From: Candidatus Rifleibacteriota bacterium
GTDB taxonomy: Bacteria; Muiribacteriota; Ozemobacteria; Ozemobacterales; Ozemobacteraceae
Assembly (NCBI GenBank): GCA_012520995.1
Contig: JAAYNI010000046.1
Coordinates: 42,650-106,649, forward strand
DNA length: 64,000 nucleotides
Reading direction: 5' to 3'
Each line of letters opens with the position of its first letter. Positions within the stretch are counted from its first letter, which is position 1. The notes below the pieces were generated by a model that did no database searches, had not been told where the DNA came from, and worked only from the letters and a program-made list of their open reading frames with translations. Made by a program: the position numbers and the translations under genes. Positions 46,917 to 55,743 of the stretch are shown here, piece after piece.

Positions 46917-49077
46917 GAATGTTGTCAAAACCCTGAAACTCGACACTGTGACTCTCTTCACAGCTCTTTTTATTTCAGGCCTCCTTGTATCTTCAATTTT
47001 CCCTACTGAGTATGCCCTCCTCTGGCTTGCAGCTTCAATTCTTTGCTTTGCGGCATCTTTCAAAGCAAAGAATAAAAAAGCTTTAATATCTTTGCTTGCT
47101 GCAGCTGCCATTTTAGCCTCCATGTTTTATGCTGCAGTCAAATTTACTCCAAGCTTAGCCACAAAAGATCTTCAAACCCTTGAGGGAACAAAAGGGGAAA
47201 TCACAGGCATATTTTCAGGTTCCATAAAAAAGCTGAAGGACGGCTCATGCTCATTTCTTTTACGTGAATCCTATTACAGAACAGGTGAAAGGCTCTTAAG
47301 TCTTCCTATGCCAATAAGATGTAAAGCTCCAGCATCTGCCTGCCACATAGTTTCAGACAGTAAAGTCACCTTAACAGGCTATATGGAGGCATTGCCAAAG
47401 AGCAACCGAGTCCGTTTTGAAGCTGAAAATTGCAAGCTGGGAGAAAAAATTATAAAGTCCCATGTTTTCGCCTATTTTGATACACTTAGAAACAAAATAA
47501 TCACAAAGCTTCAGAGCATTTTAAAACCCGAACATGCTTCTTTCATATCTGCCATAATATTTGGCGAAACTTCATTTTTGGAAAACAACGAACTCTATCG
47601 CAAAACGGGAATCACTCATTTAATGGCTGTCTCTGGTCAACATTTAATGATCTTGGCTTTATTTTTGACTGCGATTCTCTACAAAACAGGAGTTCCCCCT
47701 CTTTCCAGAATCATATTCGTATCTGTATGCCTCTTGTTTTATGCGTTATTAACGGCAGGTTCACCATCGGTTTGGAGAGCCTTGCTCATGTATGTTTTCG
47801 TAGCCTTGACAGCCTATTTGGATGCGGAACACGTGCCAACCAGAGCAATTTCAATAGCCGCCCTGCTTATTTTGCTTTATAACCCTGCAAATCTGTACAG
47901 CCCTGCCTTTGTGCTCAGCTTCATAGCAGTGTTGTCTATAATATTTTTAAGAAAGCCTCTTGAAAAACTATTTTCCAAGCTCCGCCTGCCCCAATCAGTC
48001 AACCGATACTTGGCTGCGAGTACTGCCGCAAACATAGGCACTTTACCAGCTTCAGCCTGTTTATTTGGCTCGCTGCCCATTTCAGGTCTCATTGTAAACC
48101 CGCTTATTCTCTGGATATTTGCATATATATTCCCAATGTCTTTTACAATAGCCATTCTAGCTCTTATATCGCCAGAATTCGCCTTAAAATTCGTTCCCTT
48201 TCTCTCACTTGTCTTAGATGGAGTGACAATATTTTTGGAGTTTTTTGAAAAAAACTTGGGTCTATATTTTGAGTTCAACAAAATCTCTCCCTTCATAGCC
48301 TCCTTGCTGTATGCGATATTATTTGCCGCTGCAGCTTATTTCAACAGAAAAGAAGCAGAAACAGCAAAAGAAACTGCCAACTCTCTTGAAACAATCCGAA
48401 AAAAACGTTCTCAGCGACAAAGACAAAATCGTATTGAACAAGAGACTCAAAGTGAAAAAGAAGAACCAAAAGCTATAAAAGTCCCTCCTAAAAGGAAAGC
48501 CTTGGAAAACAGAAATTTATTGCGCGAAATAGATAATAGACTGATGCAACTTCCAAGACTTCCTGTTAAAGGCTCAGAATTGAAAATACATCCTAAGCTT
48601 GATCCAAAGCTCCTTCAAATAAACGCACAAAACCTTTACCATCGTGTCATGGAAGCTGACTCAAAACTATACATGGAAAGTCCTGACAGACTTTTAGAAT
48701 CTTGCACATCTCTTTTAGGAATAGTTTCCATGGAACTTCTTTCAAGAGTTTCGAGACTTTCCTCCAAGCCCAATTTTTCTCCATCTGATATAAAAATTAA
48801 GTTTCGCGTGGAACACAGAGAATTAGCTATGGCAGCAATTACTGACAGCATATTGGCTCCAGCCTTCATAATAGAAGTTCCTGACGAAAAATTTAAAATA
48901 ATGCTCTCAGAACTCCAAGGATTGTTCAATAAAGCAAGCGACCTTCTTGAAGGCCTTCTCTCGCCAACAGATTTATCAAAACTCCAAAAAGATTATGAAC
49001 TGCTGCGCAGCGAGCTTTTTTCTTGGTGCAGCGACTTTATAACTCTAGATCTGAATCAAAAACACAAAAAACCTTAA
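46903..49077 (+). CDS. comEC: ComEC/Rec2-family DNA-uptake channel protein lacking the metallo-beta-lactamase domain
   Basis: Competence-domain signature TGITHLMAVSGQHLMILALFL and a multi-TM core. The C-terminal ~240 aa are charged and helical, with no HxHxDH motif. The only start codon I see is the TTG at 46903, which is uncertain. Confidence 0.7.
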   Translation: MRPPKNVVKTLKLDTVTLFTALFISGLLVSSIFPTEYALLWLAASILCFAASFKAKNKKALISLLAAAAILASMFYAAVKFTPSLATKDLQTLEGTKGEITGIFSGSIKKLKDGSCSFLLRESYYRTGERLLSLPMPIRCKAPASACHIVSDSKVTLTGYMEALPKSNRVRFEAENCKLGEKIIKSHVFAYFDTLRNKIITKLQSILKPEHASFISAIIFGETSFLENNELYRKTGITHLMAVSGQHLMILALFLTAILYKTGVPPLSRIIFVSVCLLFYALLTAGSPSVWRALLMYVFVALTAYLDAEHVPTRAISIAALLILLYNPANLYSPAFVLSFIAVLSIIFLRKPLEKLFSKLRLPQSVNRYLAASTAANIGTLPASACLFGSLPISGLIVNPLILWIFAYIFPMSFTIAILALISPEFALKFVPFLSLVLDGVTIFLEFFEKNLGLYFEFNKISPFIASLLYAILFAAAAYFNRKEAETAKETANSLETIRKKRSQRQRQNRIEQETQSEKEEPKAIKVPPKRKALENRNLLREIDNRLMQLPRLPVKGSELKIHPKLDPKLLQINAQNLYHRVMEADSKLYMESPDRLLESCTSLLGIVSMELLSRVSRLSSKPNFSPSDIKIKFRVEHRELAMAAITDSILAPAFIIEVPDEKFKIMLSELQGLFNKASDLLEGLLSPTDLSKLQKDYELLRSELFSWCSDFITLDLNQKHKKP

Positions 49078-49108
49078 TAATAAAATCTCCATGTTTCACA
49101 TGAAACCA

Positions 49109-49245
49109 CTAGTGCTGTGTAGCATCTAAATGTTTATTGTCGGACAGATTTTTTTCTATCCACAGATGGACACAGATAGGATTTTTAAGCTAGCTTAAAA
49201 ATCAGTGCTGGGTGGTGAGTGACGAGTTGAATTATTTAGATTCAA
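49109..49245. repeat. Copy C of the dispersed intergenic element (ctagtgctgtgtagcatctaaa ... gtgagtgacgagttgaatt)
   Basis: Matches element B (61006-61130) at both blocks with similar spacing, and shares the 5' block with element A. Confidence 0.5.
49180..49203. promoter_or_regulatory. Perfect 24-bp palindrome gatttttaagctagcttaaaaatc upstream of the second pilin operon
   Basis: Self-complementary over all 24 nt. It lies about 230 nt upstream of the 49431 start codon. Confidence 0.5.
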
Positions 49246-49430
49246 ACACTAAAACTGACAACTGCTTTAAGATGCTAATAAATAGTCGAAACTTTAAGAT
49301 TTGAAAAATAGAGAACAACCTTGATGCAACTTTAATATACCAGACAGCAACAGAAAAGGCGGTTCACTTGCCCCCATTTTCCTTCTCATGTTAAAGTCTA
49401 TAGGCGACTTAATACATTTGGAAATTTAAC

Positions 49431-49889
49431 ATGATATCTCGTATAAAAAATGCCTATACTCTTCCAGAGCTTCTGATTACTGTTTTGCTGCTGGCAATAC
49501 TGCTATCCTTGGGCATTGTTTTTTCCTCAATAATGGCAAAAGGGCAAAAAAACAAGAGTTATGCAGTCGCTCTAGCTTTTGCTCAGCAAGCCATAGAGTT
49601 GGCAAGAGGCGCTCCCTTTGAAATCTTAAGTTCATCTGATGCTGGTGAAGCCAGTGTTGAATATGATCTGAATAACAAATCCAGCGACAATGATTTGCTT
49701 ATTCCTACTTTAGAAAACGGTGAAGCTGTTTATACCAGAACAGTGAAAATAAGAGACATAAAAACAAAAGATGACCCTGACAGTAACGCTGGCTTGAAAC
49801 ATATCAGCGTAAAAGTTGAATGGATCTCCCCTGAAAATAACAAGCCTGATACTCTTGAAATTAACTCGCTGATAGCCAATATCAACTAA
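49431..49889 (+). CDS. Prepilin-type pseudopilin/minor pilin
   Basis: N-terminus MISRIKNAYTLPELLITVLLLAILLSLGIV. Confidence 0.65.
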   Translation: MISRIKNAYTLPELLITVLLLAILLSLGIVFSSIMAKGQKNKSYAVALAFAQQAIELARGAPFEILSSSDAGEASVEYDLNNKSSDNDLLIPTLENGEAVYTRTVKIRDIKTKDDPDSNAGLKHISVKVEWISPENNKPDTLEINSLIANIN

Positions 49890-49890
49890 T

Positions 49891-50640
49891 ATGTACAAAA
49901 GTTTCAACAAAAACCTATCGGAAAAAAGAGCCTTCACTCTAACAGAGATGTTATTGGCCTTAGCTCTCACCGCAATGGTTTTAGCAGCCGCTTACAAAGT
50001 TTTTATTGAACAACAAAAACTGGTGAAATTTTCGGTTGAAACCGTTCATGCAAATGAATCTTTCAGAAAAGTGACCTTCTTTATGGGAGAAGACATAAAG
50101 AAAGCCACCCGCATAGTCAGACCTACGCCAGTTCCATTGGCCTCCGCTTCCGAGCTGATAACAAAAGTCGGCACTATTATGACCGTACAGACTTCCGAGA
50201 TAGATCCAAGAATCAAATTTGACAGTTCTCTTGGCACGCAGATTGCCAAGAGAACTCACATTGACTACGAGCTGGAACTTATGCCAAACTTCAATGAAGA
50301 TTCCGAAGAAGTGCCCGTTTACAGACTAATACGAAATGCCGTTCTCGACGAGGAAGACGGAACCCATTCAGGACAAAGACAAGTGATAGCGGAAAACATA
50401 CAAGATCTTATAATCTACAGAACTGTTCGCGAGCCATTCAAAATTCATTCACTCTCAGAACCTTCAGATCGCATGATTGAGCCTAGAAGTCTAAGCGAAA
50501 CAGGAACAGGCAATAATATAATACACGTAAAAATGGCTATCGAGCGTGACAGATATAAAAAAGAAAAGGGCTCGGTTTACTCGGTTACTATGGAAACCTC
50601 CTTTTACAAACGCGGAAAAGAGATATTCCTGAACCCATGA
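49891..50640 (+). CDS. Prepilin-type minor pilin (PilW/GspJ-like)
   Basis: N-terminus ...KRAFTLTEMLLALALTAMVLAAAYKVF. Confidence 0.6.
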   Translation: MYKSFNKNLSEKRAFTLTEMLLALALTAMVLAAAYKVFIEQQKLVKFSVETVHANESFRKVTFFMGEDIKKATRIVRPTPVPLASASELITKVGTIMTVQTSEIDPRIKFDSSLGTQIAKRTHIDYELELMPNFNEDSEEVPVYRLIRNAVLDEEDGTHSGQRQVIAENIQDLIIYRTVREPFKIHSLSEPSDRMIEPRSLSETGTGNNIIHVKMAIERDRYKKEKGSVYSVTMETSFYKRGKEIFLNP

Positions 50641-52886
50641 AAAATTTGCTGAATTCAAAAAGAGGATACGGAATTATCATTGTCATTCTTTTCATGACAG
50701 TGATGTTTGTATTGTTCGCCGTTTATTTTAAGATGCAAAGCGCTCATTCCTTTTTATATTCCAAGCATGTCAGACGCTCAGTCGCTTCAAACCTTGCGGA
50801 AGGCGTTTTAAACTGCATTATTGCCGAACTGGATGCTAACAGAACATTCGCCACTCACTGGAACTACGACGCAAAAGACACATACACTTTCAAAAGCCCT
50901 GTAAAAAGCCGTGAAACATCCTTGGGGCCTATACCAAACTTTAAAATTGGAGGAGTAAAAAACGGAATTTACTATGGAAGCAGCGACTATGGCACTTTTA
51001 AAGCAAAGTTCGCCCCTTGCTTCGGAGGCTTCGAAAACCCAAAAACCAAAACTCTTTCTGAAAGCAGCATGTACACAAAAGCCGAGATAGCAGTTAAAAC
51101 TGAGGCTGGAAAAACCTCAAAAGATGAGCCTGTCTGCATCAAACTTTCAGCTATTCTCGAAAGACGATTCCCTTCGGCAGAACATGCTCTATATGACGGA
51201 GAAGTATTAGACATAGGCGCTTTGGGTCCATATAACAGCAGCCCCAACGAAATTCGCAGAGCAAGACTTTACGGACATCACTCCATTTTCTTCACTTCAA
51301 AAGGCGCAGGCGATCATGGAACAGAGCTTTTCGAAATTGAAAAAATCGAAACTCCAGGAATGATAAGAGTTACATCAGATACAGATGTCAAATTTTCTGA
51401 CAACACCTCTACTGTGCTGTGCCCTGAAAACGACTCTTTGAACATAACCGCCTTCAACTCTTTTGAAGGCTATCTGATAGACGGCACACATGGAGCTCAC
51501 TCTATAAAACTGAATCGCATTCCTAAAGAGAGATTGCTGAATTACGTGCAAACATATAAGAAAAGCTCTGGAGTTTACATAGACAGTTCGACTTTGCCAG
51601 AATCTGAATATAGAAATCCTTATGATCCTCAAACAAAGTATTACGATCTTGACTTCGGCGAATACAGATTAACAAGCGAGGGCGAAAAACTCGGAAGCGA
51701 CGATCCAAAATGTATAAAAGAAAAAAACGGAGAAAAAATTGTTGTTTATTCAAAAGTTCCCTTAAGAATATGGGGCTCTCCCGACAAAAGCATAACCATC
51801 TACAGCGAAAAAGATATTGTTATAGCCGGTGATTACAACCAAAAGCATTCGACAAGACAAGTATATAAGGACAACCGATATTTAGACTATGCTACAAGAA
51901 TTTACAACGGGAAATACAACCATAAAGTAGGCTCTCTGATAATGACCGAAGGAAGAATAATCATAGACTATTCTGATCCTTCTCTATTTGCAAAAAACGA
52001 AATAAAGCCATATTTTCTTTGGAAACTTGCTGAAAGCATGAATCCCTATTCCCAGAAAATAGCCGGCGAAATCAAAACCGCCCTAGCTCCTCCAGATCCC
52101 TCTGAGAGAACAGCTATTTTCGGAGTTGAAGAAAACATAGACGCTACAGGCAAACTTATACCCAGACTTGGCACCATAGCGTTTCTCTACAACTTTCCTG
52201 AAGTTGATGAAGGCGGCAGCTATAATGCAAACATGGAAGACCTCATAGCATTTTTCACTCCAGGAACTCCAAAATCCATATTCCCTATAAAAAATACACA
52301 GGGTCGCGAAGAGCTTATAGAAATAATTAAGGATGCTTGCAGAACAAACGGCGATTTGACGCTAGCAGAGCAAGATGAAATATTCAACTTTGCTTGGCAA
52401 AAAGCTCTAGAAGACCGTAAAGAAGCTCCTGACGAAAAATGTGCAATAATGGAGATAATTCCCCATCTCTTTAAGGATGCCGCCAAAGACCACAGGGACG
52501 GTCTATTTATACCGGAAATGACAATAAACTCTTTCCTGATCAGTTCAGAAAAACGTTCCTCAATCTGGAGACAAGGCAATAATTCCAACAAGGCCATGGA
52601 TGAAATAGGCAACGTCGGAGATAAGAAATATATTAAACCGCCAGGATTTATAATACTTAGAATTTACGGCGGATATGCTCGTATAGGACGAAAAGAACCT
52701 TCATATTTTATTTCAGGAGAACATACCACAAAAACAGGAGTTCTCAGACGCATAGTCTGGGACAATACTAACCTGACAAATCAAGACTATCGCCCATTAG
52801 AGCAGCCTGTTACCCACAACGTGCTGACAATAAGCGAAACTTTAATAACAGAAAAAGAATATGAAGAGTTTAGCGGCAAAGAATAA
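50637..52886 (+). CDS. Large pilus-associated protein (PilX/PilY1-like position), N-terminally membrane-anchored
   Basis: 749 aa. N-terminal TM GIIIVILFMTVMFVLFAVYF; overlaps the upstream pilin stop. No recognisable catalytic motif. Confidence 0.45.
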   Translation: MKNLLNSKRGYGIIIVILFMTVMFVLFAVYFKMQSAHSFLYSKHVRRSVASNLAEGVLNCIIAELDANRTFATHWNYDAKDTYTFKSPVKSRETSLGPIPNFKIGGVKNGIYYGSSDYGTFKAKFAPCFGGFENPKTKTLSESSMYTKAEIAVKTEAGKTSKDEPVCIKLSAILERRFPSAEHALYDGEVLDIGALGPYNSSPNEIRRARLYGHHSIFFTSKGAGDHGTELFEIEKIETPGMIRVTSDTDVKFSDNTSTVLCPENDSLNITAFNSFEGYLIDGTHGAHSIKLNRIPKERLLNYVQTYKKSSGVYIDSSTLPESEYRNPYDPQTKYYDLDFGEYRLTSEGEKLGSDDPKCIKEKNGEKIVVYSKVPLRIWGSPDKSITIYSEKDIVIAGDYNQKHSTRQVYKDNRYLDYATRIYNGKYNHKVGSLIMTEGRIIIDYSDPSLFAKNEIKPYFLWKLAESMNPYSQKIAGEIKTALAPPDPSERTAIFGVEENIDATGKLIPRLGTIAFLYNFPEVDEGGSYNANMEDLIAFFTPGTPKSIFPIKNTQGREELIEIIKDACRTNGDLTLAEQDEIFNFAWQKALEDRKEAPDEKCAIMEIIPHLFKDAAKDHRDGLFIPEMTINSFLISSEKRSSIWRQGNNSNKAMDEIGNVGDKKYIKPPGFIILRIYGGYARIGRKEPSYFISGEHTTKTGVLRRIVWDNTNLTNQDYRPLEQPVTHNVLTISETLITEKEYEEFSGKE

Positions 52887-52892
52887 AAGCCT

Positions 52893-53261
52893 TCAAAATA
52901 TAACTGGTTTAGGCGAAGCATTTATAGCGACAACAAGATCAAAGTGATTGGCTAATCTGCCTGCCCTGAGAGAGTTTTTAATTTTAAATTTTGTGACAGC
53001 CTGTTCCGAAACAAGGATTCTGACTCCAGCTTTTTCCAGCTCAAGAACTGCCGGCAAGAGCTTATGACCTTCCGAACAAACCTCAGCCGCTTCATTCCAG
53101 AAAACCACTGTTTCAGGCACATTGTAATTTTCAGCCAAAGCTTCTAAAAAGGATTCAAAAGAGCTGACTCCCAAGTCGTTATTTTCGCCTATATAAGGTT
53201 TGGTAAACATTATAAGATAGGGAAGCAATCTCTCAGGAGGTTCCCAGATATTCTGTCGCAT
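52893..53261 (-). CDS. DsrE/DsrF (YchN)-like small protein
   Basis: 122 aa with a layout reminiscent of the DsrE fold (hydrophobic N-terminal strand, ...VVFWNEAAEVCSEGHKLL..., C-terminal ...DLVVAINASPKPVIF). Weak. Confidence 0.35.
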   Translation of the reverse strand: MRQNIWEPPERLLPYLIMFTKPYIGENNDLGVSSFESFLEALAENYNVPETVVFWNEAAEVCSEGHKLLPAVLELEKAGVRILVSEQAVTKFKIKNSLRAGRLANHFDLVVAINASPKPVIF

Positions 53262-53373
53262 TGATAGATACTCGAAAAATATATCCTGTTTAATATTATT
53301 GCTCCTTAGTGTGATCCCTAAGAAATTGTACTATAACAAAAAGAAAAATTGAAGATTAATTATTTCTATATTC

Positions 53374-53402
53374 TTGACAGAGATAAGGCAGTGTGCTAAT
53401 TT
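53374..53402 (+). promoter_or_regulatory. Candidate promoter (-35 TTGACA, TG-extended -10 TGCTAATTT)
   Basis: TTGACA at 53374-53379, 17-nt spacer, TAATTT at 53397-53402 preceded by TG. It lies 95 nt upstream of the ATG at 53497. Confidence 0.4.
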
Positions 53403-53496
53403 TGTTATGTTATTAAGCCCGGAAAAGCTGACGGGTATATTATCTTTTAAACAGCCTCTAAATACTTAGGAGGACTTGAAAGGAGACTTGTTTTAC

Positions 53497-54270
53497 ATGA
53501 TGAAACGCATCTCAATTATAGCGACGGCAATACTTTTTATCTCTGCCGCATTTACCGCTACCGCTGCAGACAGTGTGCTGTTGCAATATAATCCCGCAGC
53601 AGGAACCACAACCAAGTATCAGATGAATCTGAAGGGCAATACAACTGTTGCCGCTTATGGGCGCTCCCAGACCACCAACCTTGAAACCAATATGCTGATC
53701 CAGCAAAAGGTTACAGGCGTTGATAGAGTCGGCAATGTCACCATGGAAACCCTTATTATGGATGGCAAAATCCTGATTAACGGTCAAGCCACACAGCTCC
53801 CTGAACTCGGCAACCTCACAACCGTCAAAATGGCAAAAGACGGCGAAATTCTTGAGCAATCTGAAGGCATGGGCGATGCTACACAGCAAAACGCTCAAAT
53901 GCAAATCAGATTCCCCAAAACTCCCGTAAGCGTAGGTCATACTTGGAAAAGCAGAATTGAACCCAATCCTCAGCTTCCCATTCCTATGGAAACAACCTAT
54001 GAAATCGTTTCCCTCACCGAAATGGTTAATGGTGAAAAATGTGCTGTTATCAAATCTACAGTCACAACCGACAAAGCAGCTGGCGGCAGCATCAACCTTG
54101 ATGTCAGAGCTGACGGCACAATCTGGTTTGCCTATGAAAAAGGCATAATGCTCAGAAACGAAGTCAGATCCAGAATGCTCATGCTCATGCAAAACGATAT
54201 GGGCGACGGCAACAAAGAAAACATTCAGACCAGAATGAATCTCATTCTCAGAATGGATGTAGTAAAATAA
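53497..54270 (+). CDS. Secreted hypothetical protein (beta-rich)
   Basis: Start at the ATG at 53497 after AGGAGG / AAAGGAGA. Signal peptide MMKRISIIATAILFISAAFTATAA. Confidence 0.5.
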   Translation: MMKRISIIATAILFISAAFTATAADSVLLQYNPAAGTTTKYQMNLKGNTTVAAYGRSQTTNLETNMLIQQKVTGVDRVGNVTMETLIMDGKILINGQATQLPELGNLTTVKMAKDGEILEQSEGMGDATQQNAQMQIRFPKTPVSVGHTWKSRIEPNPQLPIPMETTYEIVSLTEMVNGEKCAVIKSTVTTDKAAGGSINLDVRADGTIWFAYEKGIMLRNEVRSRMLMLMQNDMGDGNKENIQTRMNLILRMDVVK

Positions 54271-54282
54271 TTTGTCGACCTC

Positions 54283-54311
54283 TTGACGTTTCCCGTACAT
54301 AACCGTATAAT
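54283..54311 (+). promoter_or_regulatory. Strong sigma70-type promoter (TTGACG-17-TATAAT)
   Basis: TTGACG at 54283-54288, exactly 17 nt, TATAAT at 54306-54311. It lies about 80 nt upstream of an intrinsic terminator. Confidence 0.55.
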
Positions 54312-54394
54312 TGTTGTAAAGCATCAAGCTAGGCTCATTGACAACAATATATGGAGTTGGAAACCAGCTTAACGGCTATTAACTTTGTGTTCTT

Positions 54395-54430
54395 GGCTCC
54401 GCTTTTACCCGAGGCGGAGCCTTTTTATAT
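54395..54430 (+). terminator. Rho-independent terminator (ggctccgc-loop-gcggagcc + T-run)
   Basis: 8-bp GC-rich stem at 54395-54402 and 54414-54421, then TTTTTATAT. Confidence 0.7.
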
Positions 54431-54513
54431 ATCCCGATACTACCCGGTATCACGTTCTTTTTTTTACCTACCCAATCAATATCACTACACTTCTTTATGA
54501 AGGAGGACAATCT

Positions 54514-55422
54514 ATGAGATTGACTAAGAGGCTTATGCGACTGACAGCAGCTACTCTCGTAGTAACCGTGCTGTTCATGACAATGCTCACAGCTCCCGCA
54601 GAAGCCGCCGGACTCTTCTCCAGGCTCAAAAAGACAGCAACTGAGAAGAAGTCTCCTGTCAAGACAGCTCTTGTAGGTGTAGCTGCGGTTGGCGGCGCTA
54701 TTCTGGCAGCCCCACTTCTGTCCACTGCTCTCGGATTCGCATCCGGTTCAGTTGCAGGTTTGGCTGGCGGAGCGACGACAGCGTTGGCTGCAGCAGGTAC
54801 TGGCTTGGCTGGAATCGGAGGCGCAATTTGGGGTGGACTATCAGCTGCAGGCGGTTTCGTAACAGGCGCTATTGGCGCACTGGGCGGAGCATTAGGCAGT
54901 ATGTTCGCAGGGATTGCAGGCTTCATTGGTTCAATTATCTCAAGTCCGTTGCTTGTCCCGGCTCTTTTGATAGCAGGAGCAGCAGTTGCAGGTTATTATC
55001 TGTATAAGAAATACAAGAGACAACCCCAGACCATAACCAACAGCAACAATATTCCCGCAAAGAAAGCAGACGCCATCAAGCAACAACCGGTCACAACCGT
55101 AACAGCTCATAAGGCTGAGATACCAATAGCAGCTTCACAAGCGCAAACACAAGCACAAGAAGAAACGGCTATGCCCGTTACACAAGGAAATGCGCCGCTG
55201 CCAGCAGTATCAGGCTCTGATGAACTCACTCAGGCTCACGCCGCTTACGTAAAAGCATATAACGACTATATGAGTAAGGTAACAAGAATCGGCGGCTCTG
55301 AAAATCCTGATGAGGAAATGAGATCCAATATGCTCCGCGATGACACTCAGCAAGCTCTGAACGAATATCGCAAGGCATATAACAAGTATGTGACTCTCTT
55401 GAGAGCGAACAAAAGCAAGTAG
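54514..55422 (+). CDS. Secreted/membrane Gly-Ala-rich glycine-zipper protein with conserved C-terminal YRKAYNxY motif
   Basis: Start at the ATG at 54514 (AAGGAGG ribosome-binding site). Signal peptide, about 130 aa of GxxxG/A-rich hydrophobic sequence, a basic KKYKRQP stop-transfer segment, and C-terminal ...QALNEYRKAYNKYVTLLRA. Confidence 0.6.
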   Translation: MRLTKRLMRLTAATLVVTVLFMTMLTAPAEAAGLFSRLKKTATEKKSPVKTALVGVAAVGGAILAAPLLSTALGFASGSVAGLAGGATTALAAAGTGLAGIGGAIWGGLSAAGGFVTGAIGALGGALGSMFAGIAGFIGSIISSPLLVPALLIAGAAVAGYYLYKKYKRQPQTITNSNNIPAKKADAIKQQPVTTVTAHKAEIPIAASQAQTQAQEETAMPVTQGNAPLPAVSGSDELTQAHAAYVKAYNDYMSKVTRIGGSENPDEEMRSNMLRDDTQQALNEYRKAYNKYVTLLRANKSK

Positions 55423-55433
55423 CCCTGAATAAA

Positions 55434-55467
55434 ATACCCGGGAGTTCTTCCCGGGTATTTTTATTTT
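55434..55467 (+). terminator. Rho-independent terminator (atacccggg-loop-ccgggtat + T-run)
   Basis: Stem at 55434-55442 and 55451-55458, followed by TTTTATTTT. Confidence 0.7.
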
Positions 55468-55743
55468 AGCCAAAATGAAAAATACAAGAACTTTTGAAAG
55501 CACAAAAACAAAAAAAAGTTTTTTACTACGAAAAATCATATAAACCATAGAAACCAGAATGTCGTTTTTTTTTCTGATGTAGAGTTTTGCCGGTTTTCAG
55601 ACCATCTCCACTCTTTATCAGCAAAATTTTAGAAGCACATATACCTATAAACTGTAAATAAATTTGTCCTTCTTCTACTGGTTTTTTAGCTCTAGAGCCT
55701 TTATACTGCTTATAGATAATATTTAATACAGAAAGAGGATTAA

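Noticed and set aside
53512-54327. 271-aa Cys/His-rich ORF on the minus strand
   Set aside because: It is entirely antisense to the well-supported secreted-protein gene (53497-54270). The Cys/Ser/Gly-rich composition is what antisense translation of Thr/Ala/Gln codons produces. It has no ribosome-binding site, so it is a shadow ORF.
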